From the sequence record phage_1: 64,000 nucleotides of DNA; one strand, given 5' to 3'. Shown piece by piece: positions 55,247 through 64,000 of this stretch. The notes beneath the pieces are model-generated. The model ran no database searches, was not told the origin of the DNA, and saw only the letters and a program-made list of their open reading frames with translations. Position 1 is the first letter of the stretch, and the number at the start of each line of letters is the position of its first letter. Position numbers and translations under genes: made by a program.

Positions 55247-55465
55247 ATGCGCAACCTCTTCTCCAAATCTGAAATCAAACCTGTTGTTGAAACCGCAGCC
55301 AAACGTAAACCTGACANGNNTGANCTGNNGCTGAAAANGTNTGNAGCAGAAGCCAAAGCGTTNCNGNAAACAATGAAAGACGGNGATAAAATGATTGACA
55401 ATGTTGAAGTAACCTACGGTGTTAAAGACCGCCCAAAGAATAACGGCCTCGTGTGGGTCTGTTAA
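55247..55465 (+). CDS. Small hypothetical protein
   Basis: 72 aa, RBS AAGGA. Confidence 0.55.
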   Translation: MRNLFSKSEIKPVVETAAKRKPDXXXLXLKXXXAEAKAXXXTMKDXDKMIDNVEVTYGVKDRPKNNGLVWVC

Positions 55466-55486
55466 TCGACGATTGAGGATAAAGTC

Positions 55487-55621
55487 ATGAAGAACAAAAA
55501 GCTTCGGCTCCCCTTCTTTTTTTGTTTCCTTTTCTTTTTTGTTTGCTCTTGTTCGGATTCTGGTACGCACTACGCTTTTAATATGCTGGCAGGGGGTCTA
55601 AAAATCTTACGACCTCAATAA
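55487..55621 (+). CDS. Possible small lipoprotein/membrane peptide, 44 aa (not in ORF track)
   Basis: MKNKKLRLPFFFCFLFFFVCSCSDSG...; RBS GAGGA; may instead be a pyrimidine-rich non-coding tract. Confidence 0.3.
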   Translation: MKNKKLRLPFFFCFLFFFVCSCSDSGTHYAFNMLAGGLKILRPQ

Positions 55622-55643
55622 TCCCTTAACTCGAGTTAACGCG

Positions 55644-56441
55644 ATGTCTTTTACTTCAAAACAGAATCTGCTAAAACTCATCAACGAAGAGAATAAGATA
55701 AGCCCACCGCTTACCTTTGACGATGTTGATATCGGACTGCCGGAGGTTGTGTCAGTAGACGGTCGTGATTCGGAGGTAGTCCTTACCTCGAAGATGCGCG
55801 GTGATGAAGGTACGCAAGTGATTGTGGACTACCATCGTCGTCCATTAGAGGACTACCTTAAAGGCGATGTTGCCTTTGGAGACGAGGACGTGCAAACCAC
55901 GCACGACTTACTCGCGGCGATTAACGAGCGTTTTAATCTGTCTATCTTACCTGAGGATATCGAAGATAACCCCATTGATGGACAGACGCACACAGTCGTT
56001 GCTGTTGAAACTTCCCACGAGTGGCGAAGTCAAGCGGTCATCGAGCTGAAACCTGCTACACCTCTGGCAGAAGTAGTAACCAATACAGAGTTGAGCGGTC
56101 TTCTGTACCCGGATCACCAGGACATCCAGTTGGGTCAGGCGTATATCTATTCGCGTGACATCGATTGTAGCCACATCTCTCGTTTCCTGAGCCTCTTAGC
56201 GGTCGGTATCGAGGTAGATGACACGGCGTTGGCAATCGAACTCAACAAATGTGTTCCTGAGATTTGGGTAGCTGAAGATACCCCATCCCCGTATAACCTG
56301 CGTGGTGCCACTGTCGTATTCGACGGCGTACCTGCAGACTTGCCGGGAGCAAATACGGCGTTCGCGAAAGTCGTGTCAGTGCAACTGACCGATAAATGTA
56401 CGAACTTCCAGGGCAGCCTCAACCTACACTTTAACAACTAG
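55644..56441 (+). CDS. Tail-fibre/baseplate paralog family protein
   Basis: LLKLIN, DYHRRPL, FNLSILPEDI, LSGLLYP, YIYSRD, FQGSLNLHFN. Confidence 0.7.
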   Translation: MSFTSKQNLLKLINEENKISPPLTFDDVDIGLPEVVSVDGRDSEVVLTSKMRGDEGTQVIVDYHRRPLEDYLKGDVAFGDEDVQTTHDLLAAINERFNLSILPEDIEDNPIDGQTHTVVAVETSHEWRSQAVIELKPATPLAEVVTNTELSGLLYPDHQDIQLGQAYIYSRDIDCSHISRFLSLLAVGIEVDDTALAIELNKCVPEIWVAEDTPSPYNLRGATVVFDGVPADLPGANTAFAKVVSVQLTDKCTNFQGSLNLHFNN

Positions 56442-56451
56442 GAGGGTATAG

Positions 56452-57294
56452 ATGTCTATTTACGATAAGCCCTCGAAAGAGATGTTGTTAGATGCTATTA
56501 ACCGACAGAACGGATTAACGGCCAATCCACTCACATGGGAGCAGGTTGCAACTGGCTTCCCTGAGTCTGTCCAAACGCCTGGCGCTGACCGGAATACGCG
56601 TGTGCTCTTATACGGGTTGAACGGCAAGGGCTACAAAGGCAACGTTACGCTCGAATACGACCGTATCGAAATGGAAATTCTGTTCAGGAACGTAATACCG
56701 GTAGTCGTTGCCGACCCGGTAAATAAACTCTCTGAGTTGTTGCCGTTTCTGAATGCGAAATACGGCTTGTCTTTAGTTGCCGACGATATCGTTGACCAGT
56801 CAGTAAAAGATTTGGGAGAAAGCTGGTTAATCGATGTGACTATTAAGCCTGGTTGCTTGGCCTGGCAAGGTGGTTTCCGTTTACGCTTTGCGAAGTTCTT
56901 CCCGAACTTGGCGGATGTGGTGACGGATGTTGACCTCAGCGCAATTATCGCGCCGTTCGTGGTTGCTAGTAAACCACAGGCTGAGTATGTGGCGTATGGT
57001 TACGATTGGACTGAACTGCAAAAACAGTTCACTACCGATTGGGCTTACAACCGCGCAATCACCGCGGCGGATGTTGAATTGCTTAACGAAGTGGTGCCAT
57101 TAAAGTTTGCATATGTGACGGGGGCGACTGCGCAACCTGAACAAATTGCGCTTCAAGGTGCACGATATATGGGGATAACTTCAGTCACACCGAACGATAG
57201 TTACAACCCCGATTATCAGCGTGTGGCGATTATCAAGCTAGCTGCGGACAGCAACTACGCCGGTAATCTCATCCTTCACTATCTCCCGATATAA
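56452..57294 (+). CDS. Tail-fibre/baseplate paralog family protein
   Basis: LLDAIN, EYDRI, YGLSLVADDI, YGYDWT, GNLILHY. Confidence 0.7.
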   Translation: MSIYDKPSKEMLLDAINRQNGLTANPLTWEQVATGFPESVQTPGADRNTRVLLYGLNGKGYKGNVTLEYDRIEMEILFRNVIPVVVADPVNKLSELLPFLNAKYGLSLVADDIVDQSVKDLGESWLIDVTIKPGCLAWQGGFRLRFAKFFPNLADVVTDVDLSAIIAPFVVASKPQAEYVAYGYDWTELQKQFTTDWAYNRAITAADVELLNEVVPLKFAYVTGATAQPEQIALQGARYMGITSVTPNDSYNPDYQRVAIIKLAADSNYAGNLILHYLPI

Positions 57295-57304
57295 GGATTT
57301 TGAC

Positions 57305-58150
57305 ATGCCACTTTTAGCCACTGCTGAAAAGATTATTATCGCGGAGGTTAACGTCGAAAACAATCTCGATTTAAAAGTCGAAGATGTGGTTTTCGGTGTC
57401 CCTGCGATTCCGACGTCTGACGAAGACCTGGCAAAAGCCAATGGTCATAACGCGATGGTGCGCATTCAGGCATTGGCCACCGCTAATGCTATCGGTGCCA
57501 CTACCGTGTATTACGATCGTGTTGACTTCGCAGACATGTTTACCGACCCAGACGGGATTCAACCTTTACGTGTTCCTGCACGTCTCGATGCTGTTTACCA
57601 GATGCATGACGTGGTCGGGTTAATTAACCAGTATTACGGTCTCAGTCTTAAACCTGCAGATGTGGTGAATACCGAAATCGACAGGAAGACATGGCGTGTG
57701 GATCTGATTGCCACGCCCACTTCTTTAGGTTGGATAGGGCAACAACAGGTACAGCTGTTACCAGGCGATGCGTTGCTTCCTGCAAACTTCGAACCCTTAA
57801 CAGTAACACCTTACGAGTATCCGTATTTTAACATCAAGGTCGGTCAAGGTGCAGTTTATTCGTATCCCTGGCGCTTTGATAATTTCGCGGAGGAATTTCA
57901 ACGACTAGGTGCTGCGATAACCGCAGAACGTCTGGCACAGATTCTCAAAACGGTCACCGGTGATAACTGGACAACGTACCGTAACCCAATCGACTTTAAC
58001 CTTCGTGAAGCCGTCGTCGTCTATAACGGGCGTAACAAAGCGGAATTACCAACCAACCCAGCAGTCGACAACGTGCTGATTGTGGAGCTGTCGTTGTACT
58101 GTCTGAATTTTGGCGGGCGTTTGTATTTGCACTACAACGACCCTGATTAA
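57305..58150 (+). CDS. Tail-fibre/baseplate paralog family protein
   Basis: VYYDRV, YGLSLKPADV, LGWIG, YSYPW, GRLYLHYN. Confidence 0.7.
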   Translation: MPLLATAEKIIIAEVNVENNLDLKVEDVVFGVPAIPTSDEDLAKANGHNAMVRIQALATANAIGATTVYYDRVDFADMFTDPDGIQPLRVPARLDAVYQMHDVVGLINQYYGLSLKPADVVNTEIDRKTWRVDLIATPTSLGWIGQQQVQLLPGDALLPANFEPLTVTPYEYPYFNIKVGQGAVYSYPWRFDNFAEEFQRLGAAITAERLAQILKTVTGDNWTTYRNPIDFNLREAVVVYNGRNKAELPTNPAVDNVLIVELSLYCLNFGGRLYLHYNDPD

Positions 58151-58171
58151 TCCTGAGTAAAGGAAGTAAGA

Positions 58172-59083
58172 ATGAAACCTTTAAACAAAACGTCCGATCA
58201 GCTGGTTCTGGATTTTATTAATGAGAAAAACCCAGACGCAGAACTGGAACTTTCTAAAATAACGCTCGGCACACCGACCCCTATTATCGATGAAGGTGCC
58301 GATCGCAATACCAGCATGACCCTGACTGCGAAAAAGAACTCCGGGTACATCGGTACTCAGGACGTGACTTATAATCGCCTGGAAGGCGGTGCGCTGTTCC
58401 GNAACGTAACGGCATACCTCGACGTTAAACTGCCGAAAACCACCACAGACCTGCTGACGACCCTGAACACCCAATACGGATTGAAGCTGACCGAAGACGA
58501 TATCGTTCCGGCGGCTATTCCGGAAAATACCAACCCGCCGCTGACTAACCCGAACGATCCGGACCCAGCACCGGTTGACCATGTCATTACCTTCAAAGAA
58601 GACTGCTACGCTTATCTGGGCAGCATCCCGGTTAAAATCGGTGCTAAGCCTCAGGTTGGTGAACGTCTGAGTCTGGTGGTAACACAAACCAAGCTCGACG
58701 GCCTGGTTTACCCAGATGGTCCAAGCGAAGCGAAGGGTCAGGGCTACATCTACTCTTACGGTGTAGACTGCACAGCAATCGCAGCATTCCTGAAAGTACA
58801 GGCGAAAGGTGTTATCGCTGGCGACTCTGCATTCCCGGTTGAGCTGAATAAAGTTGTGCCGGAACTGTGGGTTGCATCTGATGAGCCTGCGGATTATAAC
58901 CTGAAAGGTGCTAACGTGTTGTACGTTGGTTCTACTACTGACGATGGCACTGCTTCAGGCGACGATCCTAAGAAACCGGTTGAAGGTGCAAACACTGCTT
59001 ACAACCAGGTTCTGCTGCTGCAGCTGGATGACACTCTGTGCACCAACTTCCAGGGCGTCATGTACCTGCACTTTAATGCCTAA
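58172..59083 (+). CDS. Tail-fibre/baseplate paralog family protein
   Basis: TYNRL, YGLKLTEDDI, LDGLVYP, YIYSYGVDCT, FQGVMYLHFN; highly biased codons; closest to 55644. Confidence 0.7.
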   Translation: MKPLNKTSDQLVLDFINEKNPDAELELSKITLGTPTPIIDEGADRNTSMTLTAKKNSGYIGTQDVTYNRLEGGALFXNVTAYLDVKLPKTTTDLLTTLNTQYGLKLTEDDIVPAAIPENTNPPLTNPNDPDPAPVDHVITFKEDCYAYLGSIPVKIGAKPQVGERLSLVVTQTKLDGLVYPDGPSEAKGQGYIYSYGVDCTAIAAFLKVQAKGVIAGDSAFPVELNKVVPELWVASDEPADYNLKGANVLYVGSTTDDGTASGDDPKKPVEGANTAYNQVLLLQLDDTLCTNFQGVMYLHFNA

Positions 59084-59152
59084 TTAGGCCTCGCTGGGAG
59101 GAGGAAATCCTCCTCCTGGCTACTCCTTTCTTTTTTGGCCGAGGAGGCTATT

Positions 59153-59992
59153 ATGGCTTTATATAGTCTGTCTCAGCGACAATATCTGTACGATGCGATT
59201 AATGCCGAAAACCCGGATGCTGTTCTACCGATGGGTTTAGACAATGCTATCATCGGTACGCCGAAAGCAATCACACCGACAGCAAGCGGTGCCAATACTG
59301 AGATTATCATTCGTGGTCGTCAAGGTCGTGGCTATATCGGTCCTCAGACGTTCCGTTATAAGCGCTTGTCGCTGAACGACTTATTTAAGAACATGACACC
59401 TCAGGTAACTGCACCGAATGCCTACGGTTGGTTGAACGTGGAGTCGAAACGTACTGCGTTTGCGCAGAACCTGAACGGTCGTTATGGATTAAACCTGGTT
59501 GCAGACGATATCCCAGAACAATACGTTTATCTGAACGTAAACAACACGATGCGTATTAACGCTAGCTGTATCCAATACACTGGCAGCATCACCTTTATGT
59601 CTATCCGGGGTAAGAATAGTCTCGAAGACCTCGTGGTAAACGACATCTTGTCGGCTTTGAACCACCCTGCAGCAGCAAGCACTGGTAAGAAATACATGGG
59701 CTTCTTGACGTACGGGGAAGACTTTACTGATGAAGTGCAGGTTATGGCCTCGTTTAAGAACGGGCGAATGGACGTAGGAAGTAACTTTGATTTGGGTTAC
59801 ACGTCCAATCTGATGGCCACATTGGTCGCACGTGGGGTACCGTCGTTTGATCCGACGAACTGCACAATTACCCGCTACAAAACGAGTGAGTTGGCGACCG
59901 CCAATAAAGCGTACGATAACGTATTGCTGATTACCGGCATTCAGAACGACCCGAAAGTAATCGGCGAGTGTATGTTGCACTACAACAACTAG
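59153..59992 (+). CDS. Tail-fibre/baseplate paralog family protein
   Basis: RYKRLSL, YGLNLVADDI, LTYGEDFT, GECMLHYN; start revised to ATG 59153. Confidence 0.7.
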   Translation: MALYSLSQRQYLYDAINAENPDAVLPMGLDNAIIGTPKAITPTASGANTEIIIRGRQGRGYIGPQTFRYKRLSLNDLFKNMTPQVTAPNAYGWLNVESKRTAFAQNLNGRYGLNLVADDIPEQYVYLNVNNTMRINASCIQYTGSITFMSIRGKNSLEDLVVNDILSALNHPAAASTGKKYMGFLTYGEDFTDEVQVMASFKNGRMDVGSNFDLGYTSNLMATLVARGVPSFDPTNCTITRYKTSELATANKAYDNVLLITGIQNDPKVIGECMLHYNN

Positions 59993-60002
59993 GAATTAGC
60001 GA

Positions 60003-60890
60003 ATGGCTATTTATCAACCTTCTAAAGACGTCCTGTTGGCAGCAGTGAACGCACAGAACTCGCTTGCTGTTAAGATGACTGACATCATCTGGTCCTCGCC
60101 AAAGGACATCCGTGGTACGGAGAAGGAAACGCTGACTAACCGTAACACGCAAATTAAAATTACGGCAGATGGGGTAACGGGCTCTACCTGGTCGGGTAAG
60201 AAAAATGTCTTCTACAACCGCATGAAGGTCGAAGACTTGTTAGTGTTGATTGGTGACACGTTGGCGATCGGCCCATCCAACGAAACCTTGTATGCGGCCA
60301 TTCCTGGACTGAACCAACGTTACGGTTTTGTTCTGGAAGAAGCTGACCTGCAGGACGCAGATATCGAATGGAACGGTGATAAGACCGAAGGTACTGTGCG
60401 TGTTGTTGCACATCCAGAGTCTATCGGTTGGGTTGGACAGGCGACATTTAAAGTCGTGAAAGGCGATGAGTCGTTAGTCTCTGCAGTCACCACTAACGTC
60501 CTGACCGGTCTGAAATACCCGAACGGTCAGATGGGTTCCGAAACCGTTACTGCGGTCATTGCAGAGGTTTATTCCTACCCGTACAACTTCACTAAGTACC
60601 GAGATGCTCTGCTGGCATACAAGCCGGGNATTCTGTCTGGNCAGCCGTTAACGGATATGGTTAACCTGCTGAAAGATATCACGGGTACTGCATGGGTAGC
60701 GACCACTTCCGCTTCCTACGGTTTGGCGGGCGCGGAGGTTATCAGCGTTGGTCTGAATGACCCTGTTGCAATGCCGACAAACGCGAAGTACAAGTATGCG
60801 CTGGTGTTGAAACTGCCTGTTACCTGTACCACCATCGTCGGAACGTTGTATCTCCAGTTCAACGATCTGGACGATCCAAGCGAGGTATAA
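60003..60890 (+). CDS. Tail-fibre/baseplate paralog family protein
   Basis: FYNRM, YGFVLEEADL, IGWVG, LTGLKYP, YSYPYNFT, GTLYLQFN. Confidence 0.7.
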   Translation: MAIYQPSKDVLLAAVNAQNSLAVKMTDIIWSSPKDIRGTEKETLTNRNTQIKITADGVTGSTWSGKKNVFYNRMKVEDLLVLIGDTLAIGPSNETLYAAIPGLNQRYGFVLEEADLQDADIEWNGDKTEGTVRVVAHPESIGWVGQATFKVVKGDESLVSAVTTNVLTGLKYPNGQMGSETVTAVIAEVYSYPYNFTKYRDALLAYKPXILSXQPLTDMVNLLKDITGTAWVATTSASYGLAGAEVISVGLNDPVAMPTNAKYKYALVLKLPVTCTTIVGTLYLQFNDLDDPSEV

Positions 60891-61721
60891 TTGATGATCA
60901 ACTATGCTAAGCCGTCAAACGAGTTGGTCTTTGACCTCATTAACCGGGATAACCCAAACCTACCTATTAAAGCGTCGCCGGCAAACTGCTACGTGGAGAA
61001 AGTGACGCAGGTTCCCGTTAATGCAGCTTCCAACAACCGCAATACGTCGGCACGCTTGCGCGGTATTCAGGGTTCCGGATTTCGAGACGCAATCACCGTT
61101 TACTACGACCGTGTGAACTTAGCGCGGTTATTGCCGTGGGGTCCTTCTGTCCAGGCGCAGTTCGTCACGTTTGACGCGCCCAACCTCCACTCAGCCTTTT
61201 CGGTGCTCTTGGATACTTACGGAGTAAACTTCTCCGCAATCGATATCCAAAACTACTCACTGTTTGGTGCCAATACCCCAAATTACACCAATACACAGAC
61301 CATTGCAGCGCTATCGACATCTCCGGCTTATATCGGTTCTGCGACGTTGCGTTATAACCGTGGTTTACCGGTACTAGACACTTCGGTGAAATCAGATGTC
61401 TTGAATGCGATTCAAGAGCCTATTTCACCGTCTCTCGGTAAGAAGTGTATTGATTTGTTGACGTACGGTATTGACTTTACCGCGTATAAAAACCTACTGA
61501 CAGTAGATGCTTCTGGCCTACCGCAGTGGGCTGGTTTGCGTAAGGTGTTGGATGACCTGGGTATTCCGAACTACGCGGGGCCACTGAACAGTAACACCGT
61601 TCAGGATGTGCCGACTTCCACCGCTCAGTTCGCTAACAAATCGTACGACCGCGTGGTTATCCAAACGGGCATCGATGAGGAAGGCGTGAAAGGCGTGGCG
61701 TACTACCACTATAACAGCTAA
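60891..61721 (+). CDS. Tail-fibre/baseplate paralog family protein
   Basis: VFDLIN, VYYDRVNL, LTYGIDFT, GVAYYHYN. Confidence 0.7.
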   Translation: MMINYAKPSNELVFDLINRDNPNLPIKASPANCYVEKVTQVPVNAASNNRNTSARLRGIQGSGFRDAITVYYDRVNLARLLPWGPSVQAQFVTFDAPNLHSAFSVLLDTYGVNFSAIDIQNYSLFGANTPNYTNTQTIAALSTSPAYIGSATLRYNRGLPVLDTSVKSDVLNAIQEPISPSLGKKCIDLLTYGIDFTAYKNLLTVDASGLPQWAGLRKVLDDLGIPNYAGPLNSNTVQDVPTSTAQFANKSYDRVVIQTGIDEEGVKGVAYYHYNS

Positions 61722-61726
61722 GTGTA

Positions 61727-61750
61727 GGGGCTCTTCGGAGCCCCATCTTT
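61727..61750 (+). terminator. Rho-independent terminator (weak T tail)
   Basis: GGGGCTC-TTCG-GAGCCCC. Confidence 0.6.
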
Positions 61751-61768
61751 TGGCGATGCGGAGTCCCT

Positions 61769-63181
61769 ATGCTATTTTACTCGAAGGAGTCGGCACTGCT
61801 TGTATACGACCAAGTCAATCGGGATAATCCTGATTTAGTTGTTAAGCTGACGCCGGCTATCGCTGCTTTAACCAGCGGCCCAACTTCAGTTACGTTAAAC
61901 CAGCGTAACACCAAAGCTGTTTTCACCGGGTATCCAGGGACAGGTGTACAAGGTAATGTTACCGTGTACTACGACCGGATTAACCTGGCCACTTTATTTA
62001 ATTTTGTGCCGACTGTGGCTATCAAAGATACAGTCTTAACGGTACGAGACGCGCTACCTGCAATAAACGACGCATTGGGGCTTACATTAGTTGCTTCTGA
62101 TTTGCAGTCACCTGACGCAAGTTTACCTAAACCGAGCGCTTCGCCGCAGACGTTGAAATTAAATATCTCAGGTAATTGCCCTGCGTTTACAGGCAGCTTA
62201 ACGATACGTTATACCGTCCCGAGTGGTGCAATTTACCCCGATTCTGGACCTGGCCCTAAAACGTTGCTGCAAGGTAACACTATCGCGGGTTATTTCGGAA
62301 CAACCACAATTGCAGAGTTGTTTACACACTCTCAACTTCTTAATGCCACTATATCGGCCGGTGCGTTACCACCGGTACATTCTGGTGCCGAAGGTTGGTA
62401 CAAGTTCTTTTACCAGGGTAGGGTTATTTACCTCCCGATTAGTCCTGTCGCTAGCTCCATCTCCTGGAATACGTTATATACAAACGGACTCGTTTACGGA
62501 ACAGACGATAATGGTAAATACCCTGCGGCGACGCCCGTTAACCAGGGACGCATCATTAGCTTTACAGGCGCAGACAACAAAAGGTTTTACTTCCGCGTTC
62601 GTCTACCTAGTGCCGGGAAAGACCCATACGTCAGCGGCACCCCAACTGCCGCTGAGTTAGCAGGTAGTGAGTTTGAGATGTTCAACTTTCTGTATAATGG
62701 AACGTGGGACAAACCGATTAACAGTTACTGGACGCTGTTCTGTTTATTGAAAGATACACTGAACACCAACGTCGCCAATCATCGCATGGCGACGTTGTCT
62801 GGAGCCAGTTGGACAAACTTAGGAAAATCATCGAGCGCAGGCAACTACTACTGGTTCCCGGTGCTAGAGTTGGTGGATAAGTCCACAGTTACCTTGGGTT
62901 TAGAAGATATCCATGGTGCGGTAGATTACAGTCTCCAACCGNNCAGNGTGTCCGCAGAAAANNCNTTTAGNCTCANNCCNTTGGTNCTCGGTAATCCAGA
63001 TACTACCGATTTCGAACCGGTAGTTGTTACTTCAGAAAACAGTTTCGCACNGCATCCGCCTGCTTTAATGCTGCCGAAGACAGTCGACTTCCAACCCATT
63101 GCGGCTACCGCTGAAATGTATACGCCACCCGACAAGACATCGTTAACGTCACTTAACGGTGAACTGGACGGCTTTAAGTAG
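61769..63181 (+). CDS. Virion protein: fibre-family N-domain fused to a second structural domain
   Basis: VYYDRINL, LGLTLVASDL at N-terminus; GPKTLLQGNTIAGYFG and LYTNGLVYGTDDNG shared with next gene. Confidence 0.65.
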   Translation: MLFYSKESALLVYDQVNRDNPDLVVKLTPAIAALTSGPTSVTLNQRNTKAVFTGYPGTGVQGNVTVYYDRINLATLFNFVPTVAIKDTVLTVRDALPAINDALGLTLVASDLQSPDASLPKPSASPQTLKLNISGNCPAFTGSLTIRYTVPSGAIYPDSGPGPKTLLQGNTIAGYFGTTTIAELFTHSQLLNATISAGALPPVHSGAEGWYKFFYQGRVIYLPISPVASSISWNTLYTNGLVYGTDDNGKYPAATPVNQGRIISFTGADNKRFYFRVRLPSAGKDPYVSGTPTAAELAGSEFEMFNFLYNGTWDKPINSYWTLFCLLKDTLNTNVANHRMATLSGASWTNLGKSSSAGNYYWFPVLELVDKSTVTLGLEDIHGAVDYSLQPXXVSAEXXFXLXXLXLGNPDTTDFEPVVVTSENSFAXHPPALMLPKTVDFQPIAATAEMYTPPDKTSLTSLNGELDGFK

Positions 63182-63192
63182 AGGTATCATCC

Positions 63193-64000
63193 ATGTCTTT
63201 TACTTTGCGTTGGAAAAATCCAAACGTAATCTCTACGGTAGTAAAAATCTACCGTGACGTTAAAGATATCACACCGAGCGCTTTGCCTGAACCGATTGCA
63301 ACGCTCTCAAATGGCGAGACAGAATGGCGTGATACCACCGCCGCACCAGGCGCAACCTATTATTACCTTCTGACGGTAACCGCCAACGGTAAAACAGTGG
63401 CATCGTCTAGCCAGAAATACACCATTGAGATAAAGCGTGGGATTGGCCCAATGACTATTCTAAACGGTAACGACCGTTTAGGGTTTATGGGTGCGGTTCC
63501 TTACGACGAACAATGGCTTCCGTCGCAAATGCCACCTGCATTTTTGGCGATGTTCCCTAATCTATTAACCGATCGTGTGGCGTTGTATAAATTTACCCGA
63601 AACGGGAAAATCTATTACATGCTATCTAACACGTCGCAGTTCCCGAATACGCCTGTGGACTGGGCTTCCCTCTATCAAGCTGGTTTAGTCTATGGTACGG
63701 GCGATGCTGGTCCAGAGAACGGCCATGGAACGCTACCGGCCACTCCACAAGACGCTAAGATAGTCCACAAAGGGGATACGTACATTATGCGTCTTCCTCG
63801 CGGCCTGACGACGTCTAGCGAGCCTCCTGCGTATCCTTTCGTAGCTGACTATAATGGGAAAACCCATGATGAAATCGCTTCTCTAACCAACCCGTGTGAG
63901 TATAACGATTTACTTTACACGATGGTTAACGAGGTGCCGAAGAAACAGCGTTGGGCTAACTGGGCAACGTACAGTTATAATTATCTGGGGCAGGGTACTT
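63193..64000 (+). CDS. Virion structural protein with Fn3-like N-domain (partial, runs off window; not in ORF track)
   Basis: MSFTLRWKNPN...KIYR...WRDTT...TYYYLL; GPMTILNGNDRLGFMG; LYQAGLVYGTGDAG; RBS GAGG. Confidence 0.7.
   Translation, partial: MSFTLRWKNPNVISTVVKIYRDVKDITPSALPEPIATLSNGETEWRDTTAAPGATYYYLLTVTANGKTVASSSQKYTIEIKRGIGPMTILNGNDRLGFMGAVPYDEQWLPSQMPPAFLAMFPNLLTDRVALYKFTRNGKIYYMLSNTSQFPNTPVDWASLYQAGLVYGTGDAGPENGHGTLPATPQDAKIVHKGDTYIMRLPRGLTTSSEPPAYPFVADYNGKTHDEIASLTNPCEYNDLLYTMVNEVPKKQRWANWATYSYNYLGQGT

Noticed and set aside
1-64000. CRISPR array, tRNA/rRNA, integrase, transposase, reverse transcriptase, intron or intein
   Set aside because: No regularly spaced repeat-spacer array, cloverleaf or recognisable motif seen by eye; core genes are of expected length; tRNAscan-SE and Infernal would be needed to exclude RNAs

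Overview
64-kb segment of a phiKZ-related (Chimalliviridae) jumbo myophage, very close to Salmonella phage SPN3US (Seoulvirus-like). The major capsid protein has A-T-E at residue 130 and the portal has A-T-E161 and A-Q-E254, matching the prohead-protease sites I recall for SPN3US gp75/gp81 (recalled, not checked). Layout: virion gene block (145-5673); early accessory genes; DnaB-like helicase, major capsid, non-virion RNAP beta subunit, portal, virion genes and RuvC (8.2-25.7 kb); an accessory region with many putative modification enzymes (about 6 GNAT-fold genes, Dam, QueC-like PP-loop protein, DUF488-like, SLOG/DprA-like, thymidylate kinase, truncated hslU) (25.8-46 kb); a tail-associated module ending in a 1005-aa protein with BcsZ/GH8 cellulase-like catalytic motifs (46-50 kb); more early genes; and an array of paralogous tail-fibre/baseplate-like genes (55.6-64 kb). 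Best leads: the GH8-like virion module, the GNAT-dam-GNAT-GNAT operon, a three-copy promoter+covarying hairpin+leader cassette, and an in-frame 270-bp duplication that copies its own RBS. No CRISPR array, tRNA, rRNA, integrase or transposase was seen. Many ambiguous N bases occur in clusters, so local details there are uncertain. All family calls come from motif recognition by eye; no database search was run. Several start codons are revised from the ORF track using RBS position.
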